Below are positions 1-10,226 of a stretch of 43,810 bases of DNA, in pieces. Position 1 is the first letter of the stretch. The number at the start of each line of letters is the position of its first letter. The translations under genes were made by a program, and so were the position numbers. This DNA is from a virus (lineage: Duplodnaviria > Heunggongvirae > Uroviricota > Caudoviricetes), in the IMG/VR virus record IMGVR_UViG_2671180268_000014; one strand, written 5' to 3'. The notes below the pieces were generated by a model. The model searched no databases. It was not told the origin of the DNA and saw nothing but the letters and a program-made list of their open reading frames with translations.

Positions 1-1236
1 CTACGATAACCGCGCATTCAACATGGCTACCTGTTCGTCGTTCATGTCATCAATCCACATACCGTAAATTTCATACACCATCTGCGCAGTTTCATGCCCC
101 ATCTGGCTGGCTATAAACGCCGGGTTCGCTCCTGCCGTCAACAGCCAGCAGGCAAAAGTATGCCGCGTATGGTACGGATTACGGCGGCGAATACCAGCAC
201 GTTTTACTGCTGCATTCCATCTCGCACCCAAACTGCTTACCGAGTAATAAGGTTTCTGTTTTCCGTTACACACTCTGGGCATGAAAACAAAATGCAGTTT
301 TTGCTTTTCGGTTCTGCCGTACTCCCGATGATAAAAAGTGATTTCGCTTTTGCGATGATGCCCGGTCAGTTTGTATTGCTCCTTCAGTGCTTCAAGAGCA
401 GGCTGCAGTAGTGTTACCGTCCGGATCCCCGCATTTGTTTTTGGGGGACCGAACATATCCAGTATCGTCAGGTTTCTTCTGACATTCACAACTCCCTTCT
501 CGAAATCCACATCCTCCCACGCCAGAGCAGCCAGTTCCCCGTGACGAAGCCCGGAGTATACGGCAAATTTCCACAAGTTCTGGCTCTGTCCTTTTTCACT
601 TTCCATTAATGCATTGAATTCTGTTTTAGATAACGGGTCAGGCTTTATTCTGTTTCTCTGTAATTTCTTTACTCCTTCAAATGGTTTGGTTGATATAAAT
701 CCCGACTGATACGCAAAACGTAACAACGAACAGAGCAGGGCGATATAGTTATCAACTGTGCGCACGGTTCTTCCTTTTTTGTTGGATCTTGGATTATCCA
801 GGTAAAGCGTTTCTCCATGCAGCAGTTCATTCCGGTAGTTTAAGATATCGCTATAACGAATATGCGATATCGGAGTACTCTCACAAATTATTATCCTGAG
901 TGTTTTTAATTGTGATTTCGTTTTCTTCATTGTGTTTGTTGTTAACTCTGTTTCTTTAATTTTTGTCCAGATATCACAAAGCTCCCCGAACGTTTTTATG
1001 ACCCTCGTTGTCACCATTTTTGCCCCAGTGCTGGACTGGGGAAAACGTCTTAAATACTCAAACTCACCGGAATTGATTTCATGAACTATCAACGCTCTTA
1101 AATTCCCGGCTTTTTTAATGTTACTGTTAGTAACCTCCCAGCCTTTCAATGTTTCCCGACATCGTTTTCCTCGAAACATGAACCAGATGCGAATGTATTT
1201 ACCTCGAATCTCGACACCTGTTGGTAATTTAGACAT
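1..1236 (-). CDS. int: Tyrosine site-specific integrase (Rac IntR-like, 411 aa)
   Basis: Full ORF with TAG stop at 1-3. C-terminal catalytic region shows the tyrosine recombinase pattern (R in GLRHGELAAL, H-x-x-R in HTRHTFACW, downstream Y). Sits at the prophage left end next to an xis-like gene. Confidence 0.9.
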   Translation of the reverse strand: MSKLPTGVEIRGKYIRIWFMFRGKRCRETLKGWEVTNSNIKKAGNLRALIVHEINSGEFEYLRRFPQSSTGAKMVTTRVIKTFGELCDIWTKIKETELTTNTMKKTKSQLKTLRIIICESTPISHIRYSDILNYRNELLHGETLYLDNPRSNKKGRTVRTVDNYIALLCSLLRFAYQSGFISTKPFEGVKKLQRNRIKPDPLSKTEFNALMESEKGQSQNLWKFAVYSGLRHGELAALAWEDVDFEKGVVNVRRNLTILDMFGPPKTNAGIRTVTLLQPALEALKEQYKLTGHHRKSEITFYHREYGRTEKQKLHFVFMPRVCNGKQKPYYSVSSLGARWNAAVKRAGIRRRNPYHTRHTFACWLLTAGANPAFIASQMGHETAQMVYEIYGMWIDDMNDEQVAMLNARLS

Positions 1237-1237
1237 A

Positions 1238-1453
1238 TCATGAGTCTTTGATAAACTGATTTATCTTTGGATAGTTATACCAGATAATCCCTCGCTTACT
1301 GTCTGGCTTCCCTAAAGGAGATACTCGTTTGAAGTGGAAGCCTTCCACCCAACAGTTCTGGCGGTATGCTTCAATTTGTCTGGCCCCCAGACCAGTGCGA
1401 AGCATCAGGCCGTATTCAACCATCCACTCTTCATTAAAGATTACTTGTGCCAT
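1238..1453 (-). CDS. Excisionase-like small DNA-binding protein (YdaQ/Xis family)
   Basis: 71-aa ORF immediately upstream of int on the same strand, from the internal Met [10 protein letters not shown]; position and size fit lambdoid xis. Start chosen by length match to recalled Rac YdaQ. Confidence 0.6.
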   Translation of the reverse strand: MAQVIFNEEWMVEYGLMLRTGLGARQIEAYRQNCWVEGFHFKRVSPLGKPDSKRGIIWYNYPKINQFIKDS

Positions 1454-1552
1454 CGCATCACCTCTGGCAGGCGCCAATGTTAGACTTAAATTGACGCCCG
1501 ATGTTGATTATTAATAATCAGCTATGAAGTTTTAATTTGAATACAATGCAAT

Positions 1553-1741
1553 TCACGAGGACTGAAGTTTCTCGCAATTAAAATTTATCAGTTTTACTTT
1601 CTGCTCTCTGGAAACGCCTGCTTCTTTTTTACCTGAGAGCATTTTTTCGCATTCTGATTTCGTTAGTTTAGATTTTGAATATCTTGTCCAGTTAGTAGGA
1701 GTGCCACCTTCCTTTTCAATAGTGGCGGTAATTTTATACAT
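1553..1741 (-). CDS. Hypothetical small protein (YdaC-like)
   Basis: ORF on the minus strand; start placed at MYKIT because it has a GGAGG Shine-Dalgarno 5 nt upstream. The longer ORF extends to 1813. Confidence 0.4.
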   Translation of the reverse strand: MYKITATIEKEGGTPTNWTRYSKSKLTKSECEKMLSGKKEAGVSREQKVKLINFNCEKLQSS

Positions 1742-1778
1742 GAACACCTCCATTATTATTTCCAGTGGTTCGTTTATT

Positions 1779-1928
1779 TCATCGTTCGAGTGCTTCTTTT
1801 TCACTTCCACCATAACCGGTTCGGGATTCGCATCCGTTACACTTCGCTCGGTAATATCCTGAAATGGCTTTCACCGTTACTGATGGACAACCACAAAATG
1901 GACATGGTTTAACATTGTCATATCTCAT
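1779..1928 (-). CDS. ralR: Restriction alleviation protein Lar/RalR-like (zinc ribbon, 49 aa)
   Basis: Translated by hand from the minus strand: MRYDNVKPCPFCGCPSVTVKAISGYYRAKCNGCESRTGYGGSEKEALER. Two CxxC pairs; position between xis and recT as in Rac. Below the 60-aa cutoff of the ORF track. Confidence 0.5.
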   Translation of the reverse strand: MRYDNVKPCPFCGCPSVTVKAISGYYRAKCNGCESRTGYGGSEKEALER

Positions 1929-1983
1929 AATTTTTCTCATAAAAATATTTCAAGTTGGCGGTGCATTACACCGCCAGGCTGAA

Positions 1984-2793
1984 TTATTCCTCTGAATTAT
2001 CGATTACACTGTATTCCCCGGTTAATACAGAGGAATCTGCAGGATCGATTGTCAGTGGTTCCTTTTCATCCATTGATACTGCACGCTGGATCTCAATTGA
2101 TACGGGCAGATATTTGAACAGGCGACGAATAGCCGTTTTCTTTGCCATTTCTTCCCAGTGAGTTACCCACGGCCCGTTATTACCAGCTTTACTCTGGCTG
2201 CGCACCAGCTCAATCTGTTTGCGCGTCATAACTTCAAACTGAGTACCTCCGTCTTTCAGTCTTGCGACAGCATAGACGTGGGTAACAGGGGCATCTTCGT
2301 TTTCTCCTGGGCGGTGTATTAACTTTTCATCAAGGCCAAATTCGAAATTAAACTCGTCACCTTCACGGACAACACGGGCTGACAGGCTGGCGATTTGACC
2401 TGAACGGCGAGCCAGATCAATCATGCCGCGATAGCCAATGATTAGCTGAACGTTTTTTTTACCGCTCTTTTCGTTTTTATTACCAAAAGGCAGTAAATAT
2501 GCATGACCGAGGGCGCTACCGGGCTCAAGTCCGAGCTGTGAACACTGTACGATTGCACTGACAAAACTCATAGTGTCACAGTTTCCTAACGCCGGAACTT
2601 TACGAATTTCTGTGGTGGCGATACGGATCATACGTTCAGCCGTCATATGGCGTGGAAGAGCTGCTGCCAGTTGCTCTTTCATTGATGGCTGGTTAATAAA
2701 ACTAATCACGTCGTTATTTTTAATTGCTGCTGGTGCACGGTTTCCCTGAGTTTTTTGCAGATCGGCTTTTGCGATTGGTGGTTGCTTAGTCAT
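1984..2793 (-). CDS. recT: RecT single-strand annealing recombinase
   Basis: Protein from [29 protein letters not shown] matches recalled E. coli RecT (269 aa). AAGGA SD 9 nt upstream of ATG at 2793. Overlaps the recE stop by 8 nt. Confidence 0.9.
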   Translation of the reverse strand: MTKQPPIAKADLQKTQGNRAPAAIKNNDVISFINQPSMKEQLAAALPRHMTAERMIRIATTEIRKVPALGNCDTMSFVSAIVQCSQLGLEPGSALGHAYLLPFGNKNEKSGKKNVQLIIGYRGMIDLARRSGQIASLSARVVREGDEFNFEFGLDEKLIHRPGENEDAPVTHVYAVARLKDGGTQFEVMTRKQIELVRSQSKAGNNGPWVTHWEEMAKKTAIRRLFKYLPVSIEIQRAVSMDEKEPLTIDPADSSVLTGEYSVIDNSEE

Positions 2794-5386
2794 TTGCATA
2801 TTCCTTAGCCCAGCGGGGCAGTGATAACGTCTTAATAGCTGGCCATTCATCGGTATTGAGGCAGTCAGCCAGGGTTCGCAGATTGCGGTGATATTCCAGC
2901 TGACCTGCCAGTTTTGCTTCTTCGCCCATCATGAAAATTTCAACCGGATAACGTCCGCATTCAATAGTTGTGCTGGCAACCAGAAAAACGAAAGTTGGCT
3001 GCACTCCAAACTGTGCTTCATAACCGTCACTGTAGAATGCATCCTGAACGTGATAGCGGTAGTCGTAATAAGCGGTTTTGAATCGTTGAATATCCGCCGT
3101 AGTTTTCACGTCCATGATCCAGTGAAATTCAGGGATAATTTTGTCCGGACGGCACCGACACAAAATTGCTGTTTCAGGATCTTCCCAGTAAATTGATGAT
3201 TCAGCGTGTCCGGCGCTTTCAACAAGCCATTGCCCCAGCGGCAAAGCCATAACGCTCTGATACATGAGTTCAATTTTCCGGCCTTCTTCGGCAGTGATAA
3301 CCGTTTTTCCTGTGCTTGCGCATTCCCTCAGAAACGCTTTCTCTTCTTCTTTTCCGGAGTTTGTCCGGCGGTTAAATTCAGGTGCTACGATAAAGCGGTT
3401 ACTGAATTCTTCCGGCTCAAGTACCCGGCAGTGGAAAGCGGTTCCTAAATCGAGCGTTTTTGTCTTTGTGGTGTCCACGGGGGCATTTTTACGCCACAAA
3501 TACAGTGCCGGAGTATCAGCAATGTCATCGAGCTGAGACTTACTGACACCGGGACCCGCGTGGTAATTCTCATTCGAAATTCCGTAATAAATACCTGGCT
3601 CTATGTCTTCTACGATTACGGGATCTGCGACTTCGCCAGTTTCATCACTGCAATCGCGATGCGGATCGCTGCCAGCATTCTCATTGTGCGGATGTTCAGC
3701 GCCTTCCATTTCCTCCGGATCATTTTCCTTAGCTTCAACCTGACTCTCTTCATCGAATGTTTCCTGGTATGTTGCGTCGCCCATCACCGCACCACAGTCA
3801 GGGCAGTTATCCCCGCCAGTCTGGCCGCAGGCATTGCAGGCTATTTCCGGTTCCTGTTGCACTACTGGCTCAGGTTGATTCATATCCGGGCTGGTTTTTT
3901 CCGTTTCTGGCTGGTTCTGGTACACACAATCGCGAGTCTGGATCCCCTTTACCCATTTCGGATCGTTCGGGTCGCTAATTCCGTCAACAAATTCACCACG
4001 TGATGCAGCAAGCAATTTATCGGCATCGACAGGATTTTTTGATGGAATGTTTTTCCGGGCTTCATGGAGTTCTGCCCGCAGTTCCTGATATTTCGCATCA
4101 ACAGAATTTACCTGTGACTGAGCATCCAGCGGCTGCGTGTCCTGATGATGTTCAGTTGCGTCCGGTTCCATTGTTTCAGCCTCTCCCTGTTCAACTGCCG
4201 TTGTTCCAGATGGTTGCGGTTTTTCTTCATCATCCTGTTTTCCTTCTTCTGTTACTCGCTGCGGCATCGGGGCAGAGGAGCGACCGCAGGCAATATCCAC
4301 GATTTCCGGATCAGGGTTGGCATGATCGGTTTCAGTCAGTACTTTGTTCAGATATTCAGTGACGTGCGCGGGGATGACCTCGATCCCAATTGGTGCTTCT
4401 TTTACGGACGCAACCACGATGGCGCGGGAATAATCCAGCCCGCCAGGCATGGTGATGAATTTGTCGCGGAAAACAGAAAAGGGCGGTTTATTTTCAGCGA
4501 TAATTTCCTCAATGCGTTTAGCGTGTGCCGGATGAAGGTTATAGATGTCCAGATCCATTGAACGGGCCAGTACGCCAGTGGCTACGTCCCGCGCCAGTGA
4601 CGTCAGATCGTGTACGAAACCTTCGCCGCGATCGGTGAGGTTTCCGCCGCCAGCATTAGCACCGGAAGCCGTGCGAGTGATGTGTGAAACACGATTACCC
4701 TTCATCCACTCTTTTGTCAGCAGTCCTCGATCGGTGTAGTCAGCGTTCAGGTATGCTTCGAAAAAAGCAGTTATCAGTCCCAGGTTTGAATTACCAGGAT
4801 TAGGGAAAACTTTGTCAGTGTCACGAACCAGTTTGTGGAGTTCGCGAATTTCCAGCGGGTCGAGCAGGCTGGTTTTGTGGGAAACAGCCAGGGCAGTAAC
4901 AGCCGGTAGTTCTTCAGCCCGAGCAATGTGTAATGCCTGGAGTCCGTCGCGTGAAACGTGCGTTACCGGTTTTTCGCTGCCGTGTTGAGCAAGCCAACGA
5001 ATGGGCAGTTCCTGGCCAGAAATTGGGAGTAGCATATTCTCCTCAATCTCAGTCATGTCTTCGCCGTTGACGTTGGTATTGCCTTGATAGTGAGCGTTGT
5101 CTGGTGCTGCTCCCGGTTTTAGTTCCCATGTCATGGAGTCTTTGCTGAGTTGATAGCGTTCACTCCAGGTAAAATCGATCTCACCTTCAGCGGGCAGGTC
5201 ATTAACGACAGGAAAATTCGTGGCAACAGCTTTAAAATAGCTGCTCAGTTTTTTACCTGACTTAACGATCAGGTAGTCCAGAGTGGCACAGGTCGATTCA
5301 AAATCGTTGCTTGCCCACAGGACGACGTCAGGTTCACCGGATGATTTTTTCGCTTTCCGTAACAGGAAGAGTGGTTTTGTGCTCAT
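2786..5386 (-). CDS. recE: Exodeoxyribonuclease VIII (RecE), full length 866 aa
   Basis: 866-aa ORF immediately upstream of recT, same strand; length and C-terminal nuclease region fit Rac RecE. Plus-strand ORFs inside it are antisense artefacts. Confidence 0.9.
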   Translation of the reverse strand: MSTKPLFLLRKAKKSSGEPDVVLWASNDFESTCATLDYLIVKSGKKLSSYFKAVATNFPVVNDLPAEGEIDFTWSERYQLSKDSMTWELKPGAAPDNAHYQGNTNVNGEDMTEIEENMLLPISGQELPIRWLAQHGSEKPVTHVSRDGLQALHIARAEELPAVTALAVSHKTSLLDPLEIRELHKLVRDTDKVFPNPGNSNLGLITAFFEAYLNADYTDRGLLTKEWMKGNRVSHITRTASGANAGGGNLTDRGEGFVHDLTSLARDVATGVLARSMDLDIYNLHPAHAKRIEEIIAENKPPFSVFRDKFITMPGGLDYSRAIVVASVKEAPIGIEVIPAHVTEYLNKVLTETDHANPDPEIVDIACGRSSAPMPQRVTEEGKQDDEEKPQPSGTTAVEQGEAETMEPDATEHHQDTQPLDAQSQVNSVDAKYQELRAELHEARKNIPSKNPVDADKLLAASRGEFVDGISDPNDPKWVKGIQTRDCVYQNQPETEKTSPDMNQPEPVVQQEPEIACNACGQTGGDNCPDCGAVMGDATYQETFDEESQVEAKENDPEEMEGAEHPHNENAGSDPHRDCSDETGEVADPVIVEDIEPGIYYGISNENYHAGPGVSKSQLDDIADTPALYLWRKNAPVDTTKTKTLDLGTAFHCRVLEPEEFSNRFIVAPEFNRRTNSGKEEEKAFLRECASTGKTVITAEEGRKIELMYQSVMALPLGQWLVESAGHAESSIYWEDPETAILCRCRPDKIIPEFHWIMDVKTTADIQRFKTAYYDYRYHVQDAFYSDGYEAQFGVQPTFVFLVASTTIECGRYPVEIFMMGEEAKLAGQLEYHRNLRTLADCLNTDEWPAIKTLSLPRWAKEYAND

Positions 5387-5487
5387 TGTTTTTTAACCTC
5401 AACTCAGATTAAAATTCGTTTTGTTCAGTGAATGATCTTGCCGGATACACACTGTTCATAGCCTGCGCCATACGCAGGCTATTTCTT

Positions 5488-5763
5488 TCAGATTTCACCT
5501 TTTAATTTCATTGCAATTAGAGTTGCCAGAAATTCGGCTTTTTTTTCTGCGGGCAGATTCTTTCCGATATGCACCAGGCACATTTTTTTGACACCTTCAT
5601 CAAGTGTTTTTACGTTGCCTGATGGACCATCGATATCAACCACAGTGAATGGGGTTTCTTTATTTTCTGTTTTAATTACGTAGCCAATGCGCTTTCCTTC
5701 CAGATTCACCTCGTGAACAATGTCATCGGTAGTTACAACAGTGGCTTCATAATTGGTAATCAT
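5488..5763 (-). CDS. racC: RacC-like hypothetical protein (91 aa)
   Basis: Internal Met start MITNYEATVVTTDDIVHEVNLEGKR matches recalled Rac RacC; position upstream of recE. Confidence 0.6.
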   Translation of the reverse strand: MITNYEATVVTTDDIVHEVNLEGKRIGYVIKTENKETPFTVVDIDGPSGNVKTLDEGVKKMCLVHIGKNLPAEKKAEFLATLIAMKLKGEI

Positions 5764-5837
5764 GTTTTTCTCCTTAATTAAGGTTGAGCGAATACCTGCC
5801 ATTTCTGGCATAAATTCAGTTTCGAATAGTCAATTAA

Positions 5838-6008
5838 TTAAAGTTCATGTGCCATCTGGTCTTTTTCGGCACAAGCTTCACTGCAATATTTTCTCGGTTC
5901 GTCTTTTGATAAAATCCCGTGCATGAAGTGAAGCATTCTTTCAATAGCTTTGCTTTCTTCAACGTCTTTTTTGCAAAGGTGGTAAGCACATTTTATTTTC
6001 TTAGTCAT
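5838..6008 (-). CDS. Small zinc-binding protein (YdaE-like, 56 aa)
   Basis: Hand-translated: [56 protein letters not shown]. Cys/His-rich; its ATG overlaps the kilR TGA by 1 nt (TGATG). Confidence 0.5.
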   Translation of the reverse strand: MTKKIKCAYHLCKKDVEESKAIERMLHFMHGILSKDEPRKYCSEACAEKDQMAHEL

Positions 6009-6229
6009 CACCATGACTCCGCCTTTACAGGTAAACCATCACGACCGAGGAAGACTTTAATCATGCGGTCAGTAATGCATGTTTTTGTGGTCAGGTTACG
6101 AATATATAGTTTTCGCTTTTTAATATTGTTTGCCGAGGCAATATATGTCCGGCCTTCATGAAGAACATAATCGCCAGGAGTCACACACTGACGTGGTATT
6201 TCATCAGTTCCGAAGTGATGTGCAATCAT
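6008..6229 (-). CDS. kilR: Kil protein (KilR-like, cell division/FtsZ inhibitor)
   Basis: 73-aa protein from [29 protein letters not shown] matches recalled Rac KilR. The ORF-track start at 6241 adds 4 residues. Confidence 0.6.
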   Translation of the reverse strand: MIAHHFGTDEIPRQCVTPGDYVLHEGRTYIASANNIKKRKLYIRNLTTKTCITDRMIKVFLGRDGLPVKAESW

Positions 6230-6670
6230 AATTATCTCCATTTTTACAAATGAACTTTGTTGATGCGGTGCCTGGTGCCTCCAGGTGACTGCAACCAGTT
6301 AACAATTACAGTCGGCTTTCCCACCCAAACCAATAAGGACTAACATGACTTTTAACTGTGCCACGTGCGCTTAGCCGCATTCACCGCATCACAAAATTCA
6401 CTTTAAAAAGGGCGGACATCAGCCGAACTTCAAGAAAAAAACTGATGCCGCCAGGACTACACACAGCAATGTCGTTATTTACAACCGGAGGCGCACTCCC
6501 ACCATTTAAATTTAACAGACAAGACCGACTCTTTATGGATATCGGAAATGCGCCTTCGTGTTGTGCCCGGTTTTATTTCACCACCTCCGGGCTTCGGTGG
6601 TCTCGGCTATACCCCTACAGCGAGAGCTTGTGTTAACATTTCAATACCCTTACAGTTGAGAGTTATTGAT

Positions 6671-7159
6671 ATGTTGGATGTATTTACTCCATTGTTGAAA
6701 CTTTTTGCTAACGAGCCACTCGAAATACTTATGTATACGATTATCATTTTTGGTCTCACTCTCTGGCTGATACCGAAAGAGTTTACTGTCGCATTCAATG
6801 CTTATACTGAAATACCTTGGCTCTTTCAGATTATCGTTTTTGCCTTTTCTTTCGTGGTCGCCATTTCCTTCTCAAGATTGCGAGCACATATTCAAAAGCA
6901 TTATTCATTACTACCAGAGCAACGAGTATTGCTTCGTTTATCTGAGAAAGAAATCGCTGTATTTAAAGATTTCCTTAAAACAGGAAATCTTATTATCACT
7001 TCTCCTTGCCGTAACCCGGTTATGAAAAAATTAGAACGGAAGGGCATCATTCAACATCAGAGTGATAGCGCAAACTGTTCTTATTATCTCGTCACCGAAA
7101 AATACTCCCATTTTATGAAGTTATTCTGGAACAGCAGGAGTAGACGTTTTAATCGTTAG
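6671..7159 (+). CDS. sieB: Superinfection exclusion protein B (SieB-like), membrane protein
   Basis: Start at the internal ATG (MLDVFTPLLKLF). Two hydrophobic segments (LEILMYTIIIFGLTLWLIP, IPWLFQIIVFAFSFVVAISF). Position between kil and the repressor as in Rac and lambda. Confidence 0.6.
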   Translation: MLDVFTPLLKLFANEPLEILMYTIIIFGLTLWLIPKEFTVAFNAYTEIPWLFQIIVFAFSFVVAISFSRLRAHIQKHYSLLPEQRVLLRLSEKEIAVFKDFLKTGNLIITSPCRNPVMKKLERKGIIQHQSDSANCSYYLVTEKYSHFMKLFWNSRSRRFNR

Positions 7160-7311
7160 CTTACTGTGTGCTTCTCCAACCATCGGCGCGCACCAGTTTC
7201 GGTTTTAAATGTTTTGCTTTTGGTATACGTCATGGCAGTGAACGTTCCATCCTGGTTGGGGAACACGCCGCACACCAGGGATTCGTTGTTGCCGAGGTCG
7301 ATTTTTTGCAT
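7156..7311 (-). CDS. Hypothetical small protein (YdaF-like, 51 aa)
   Basis: Hand-translated minus-strand ORF MQKIDLGNNESLVCGVFPNQDGTFTAMTYTKSKTFKTETGARRWLEKHTVS; below the ORF-track size cutoff. Confidence 0.35.
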   Translation of the reverse strand: MQKIDLGNNESLVCGVFPNQDGTFTAMTYTKSKTFKTETGARRWLEKHTVS

Positions 7312-7321
7312 TTTGCGAATC

Positions 7322-7456
7322 TCACATCTTGTTGCTGTGTATAGCGACTTCTGCCTGCCAGAGATCCCAGTCGTTGCTGCGTAAAGCCTGCACAGCCTGG
7401 TTGTAAGTGATACCGCAACAATCCATCAAATACTGAACTACTTCGTAATGCACCAT
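7322..7456 (-). CDS. Hypothetical small protein (YdaG-like, 44 aa)
   Basis: Internal Met of the 7322-7504 ORF: MVHYEVVQYLMDCCGITYNQAVQALRSNDWDLWQAEVAIHSNKM. Confidence 0.35.
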   Translation of the reverse strand: MVHYEVVQYLMDCCGITYNQAVQALRSNDWDLWQAEVAIHSNKM

Positions 7457-7746
7457 CTTATCTCTCCCCTTAACGCCGGGTGGCGGAACTGAAACCTGCT
7501 GCACTGCAAAATCTGAACCCTGCCGTCATGTTCATACGCCTCGGGCTGGCTACTTAACCCCTGACCACTGCCTGGTAACTCGAAGTATTGCCCTGCGTTC
7601 TGTGGGGCGGGGTGGGTTGGTAGGTATATAATGTACTTTGTGTTCATTGATGTAAAGTACTATAAGTACATTTTGTGTGTAAAAAAATGAGATGGGATAA
7701 AGTGAAGCACAAACCCGGAGGGGGACGCTACCGGATTTATGCTGGT

Positions 7747-8184
7747 TTAAGAGGCTTTTTGTTTTTTCTTTCGTGCTAGCTCTTCGTAAATTGCATTGTA
7801 CTTCTGTTTTTTCTCCTCAAGAGTTTTTAAAAGTTCATCTGTCTCACTGTCAGGGAGCTCGTCCAGAAGGTCAATGATGATTTTTTGTCTTGGATTTAAC
7901 TCCTGATAGAAACGTACCTGTCCACTTTCTTCTGTATCCTCTCCCAAAAGATAGGTTGGTGTTGTTCCAATGAGTGTTGCTAATTCCCTTAATTTCTCTC
8001 GGCGAGGAATTGTTTCGCCATTAAACCATTTGCTAACCGCTTTTGGTGTTAATTTCATTCGACGGGCAATTTCTGCCTGCCTTCCATGTTGTTCATAACC
8101 AGCGTTTTCACAGGCTAGCGCAAGCCTACTGGCGAACTCTTTACGCGCTTTATCTTCATGAACCATAAGTTCAATGATATTCAC
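7747..8184 (-). CDS. Prophage repressor, HTH XRE-family (CI/RacR-like)
   Basis: Helix-turn-helix segment GRQAEIARRMKLTPKAVSKWFNG near the N-terminus; transcribed divergently from a cro-like gene. GTG start at 8184; alternative ATG at 8166. Confidence 0.7.
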   Translation of the reverse strand: MNIIELMVHEDKARKEFASRLALACENAGYEQHGRQAEIARRMKLTPKAVSKWFNGETIPRREKLRELATLIGTTPTYLLGEDTEESGQVRFYQELNPRQKIIIDLLDELPDSETDELLKTLEEKKQKYNAIYEELARKKKQKAS

Positions 8185-8245
8185 TCTTGAATGTACTGTC
8201 AGTTCTGTTATAGCATGTACTCAAAGTTCACATTGTGAGGGTGAT
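8185..8245. promoter_or_regulatory. Divergent promoter/operator region of the immunity switch
   Basis: 61-bp gap between the divergent repressor and cro-like genes. Direct repeats ATGTACT at 8191-8197 and 8215-8221; inverted TTCAA...TTGAA at about 8170-8190. Confidence 0.4.
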
Positions 8246-8500
8246 ATGAACCAGAAAACACTTGAAGATGTAATCAAAACTGTTCGCGTTTCTGTTGTGG
8301 CCGACGTTTGTGGTGTCAGCCAAAGAGCAATCTACAAATGGATGGATAACGGAAAATTGCCTCGCACAGAATATACCGGCGAAACAAATTACGCTGAAAA
8401 AATCGCTCATGCATCAAACGGATTATTTTCTGCTGATGTAATTTTAACTATTGGCAGAAATAAAACTACTACGAAAAAGCTGATGGGAGTTGATTCATGA
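8246..8500 (+). CDS. Cro-like HTH regulator
   Basis: Start at the internal ATG with a GAGGG SD (gtgagggtgatATG). HTH-like VADVCGVSQRAIYKWMDNG. Its TGA overlaps the next gene's ATG (ATGA). Confidence 0.6.
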   Translation: MNQKTLEDVIKTVRVSVVADVCGVSQRAIYKWMDNGKLPRTEYTGETNYAEKIAHASNGLFSADVILTIGRNKTTTKKLMGVDS

Positions 8501-8919
8501 AAATCAAGCATGAGCACATCGAGTCAGTGTTGTTAGCCCTGGCAGCCGAAAAAGGGCAGGCATGGGTAGCCAATGCCATTACTGAAGAATATCTGCGCCA
8601 GGGGGGCGGCGAATTGCCCCTGGTACCAGGCAAGGACTGGAATAATCAGCAGAATATCTATCACCGTTGGTTGAAAGGTGAAACGAAAACGCAAAGAGAA
8701 AAAATTCAGAAGCTGATCCCAGCAATTCTGGCAATCCTTCCGCGCGAGCTGCGTCACCGACTCTGCATCTTCGATACCCTGGAACGCCGTGCATTACTGG
8801 CGGCGCAGGAAGCGTTAAGTACGGCAATTGATGCGCATGATGATGCAGTCCAAGCCGTTTACCGGAAAGCGCATTTCAGCGGCGGCGGGTCTTCCGACGA
8901 TTCTGTCATTGTTCATTAA
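8497..8919 (+). CDS. YdaT-like protein (CII-analogue position)
   Basis: 140-aa ORF translationally coupled to cro, in the position of lambdoid cII; length equals recalled Rac YdaT. Confidence 0.5.
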   Translation: MKIKHEHIESVLLALAAEKGQAWVANAITEEYLRQGGGELPLVPGKDWNNQQNIYHRWLKGETKTQREKIQKLIPAILAILPRELRHRLCIFDTLERRALLAAQEALSTAIDAHDDAVQAVYRKAHFSGGGSSDDSVIVH

Positions 8920-8931
8920 GCAAAAGTTTCC

Positions 8932-9789
8932 ATGCTGTTTGTGCTTATTCTAAGCCACCGGGCAGCATCATACGGGGCAATTATGGCCGCATTACCATAC
9001 ATGCAACTGTACATAGCTGATTACCTGGCTGACACCATGCATTTGTCAGCAGAGGAGCATGGTGCGTATTTGTTGCTGATGTTCAATTACTGGCAAACAG
9101 GAAAGCCAATACCTAAAAACAGGCTGGCAAAAATTGCCCGTCTGACTAACGAGCGATGGGCTGATGTTGAACCATCCTTGCAGGAGTTTTTTTGCGATAA
9201 CGGCGAGGAATGGGTGCATCTTCGGATTGAGGAAGATCTGGCATCAGTCAGGGAAAAATTAACCAAAAAATCAGCCGCAGGAAAAGCATCTGTTCAGGCC
9301 AGAAGAAGCAGAAAGGAAGCAGATGTTCAAACAAAACAAGAGAGAAATTTAACAGGTGTTCAAACAGATGTTGAAGTGGTGTTTGAACATGATGTCAACA
9401 CAAAGGCAACTAATAAAGATACAGATAAAGATCTAAAAACAGATCCCCCCCTAAATCCCCCCCGGGGGAATCGAGGTGTCAAAAAGTTTGACCCTCTGGA
9501 TATTGCTTTGCCGAACTGGATTTCTGTCTCGCTTTGGCGTGAGTGGGTTGAATTTCGCCAGGCATTGCGAAAACCGATTCGAACGGAGCAGGGCGCTAAC
9601 GGGGCGATACGGGAGCTGGAAAAATTCCGCCAGCAGGGTTTTTCACCTGAGCAGGTGATTCGACACAGCATCGCCAATGAATACCAGGGCTTGTTCGCGC
9701 CGAAAGGTGTTCGACCTGAGACGTTACTCCGACAGGTTAACACCGTCTCGTTACCGGATAGTGCGATCCCGCCAGGCTTCAGGGGGTAA
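8932..9789 (+). CDS. Replication initiation-like protein (YdaU/DUF1376-like)
   Basis: 285-aa ORF upstream of a DnaC-like gene. Alternative start at 8983 (MAALPYMQLY) has a better GGGG SD. Confidence 0.5.
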   Translation: MLFVLILSHRAASYGAIMAALPYMQLYIADYLADTMHLSAEEHGAYLLLMFNYWQTGKPIPKNRLAKIARLTNERWADVEPSLQEFFCDNGEEWVHLRIEEDLASVREKLTKKSAAGKASVQARRSRKEADVQTKQERNLTGVQTDVEVVFEHDVNTKATNKDTDKDLKTDPPLNPPRGNRGVKKFDPLDIALPNWISVSLWREWVEFRQALRKPIRTEQGANGAIRELEKFRQQGFSPEQVIRHSIANEYQGLFAPKGVRPETLLRQVNTVSLPDSAIPPGFRG

Positions 9790-9795
9790 CTGACC

Positions 9796-10226
9796 ATGAA
9801 AAATATTGCGACAGGCGACGTTCTTGAACGTATCCGCAGACTGGCCCCGTCACATGTAACCGCGCCATTCAAGACGGTAGCGGAGTGGCGCGAGTGGCAA
9901 CTTTCCGAAGGCCAGAAACGTTGTGAGGAGATCAACCGTCAGAATCGTCAGTTGCGGGTGGAAAAAATTCTGAATCGCTCTGGCATCCAGCCATTGCACC
10001 GCAAATGCTCGTTTTCGAATTACCAGGTGCAGAACGAAGCGCAGCGATACGCGTTGAGTCAGGCGAAATCCATCGCTGATGAACTGATGACCGGGTGTAC
10101 AAATTTTGCGTTCAGCGGAAAACCTGGTACCGGGAAGAACCACTTAGCGGCAGCTATCGGGAATCGCCTGCTGAAAGACGGTCAGACAGTGATTGTGGTT
10201 ACCGTGGCTGATGTTATGAGTGCCCT
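9796..10226 (+). CDS. DnaC-like AAA+ helicase loader (YdaV-like), 3' end lost in assembly gap
   Basis: Walker A GKPGTGKNHLAAAIG. The ORF runs into the N-run at 10227; the true stop is not observable. Confidence 0.7.

Noticed and set aside
3206-4739. Series of plus-strand ORFs (80-147 aa) inside recE
   Set aside because: Antisense to a well-supported 866-aa RecE ORF; low-complexity translations with no SD-like starts.
9360-10143. Minus-strand ORFs of 191 aa and 97 aa over the ydaU-like and DnaC-like genes
   Set aside because: Antisense to replication genes that have clear motifs (Walker A) and a coupled operon arrangement.
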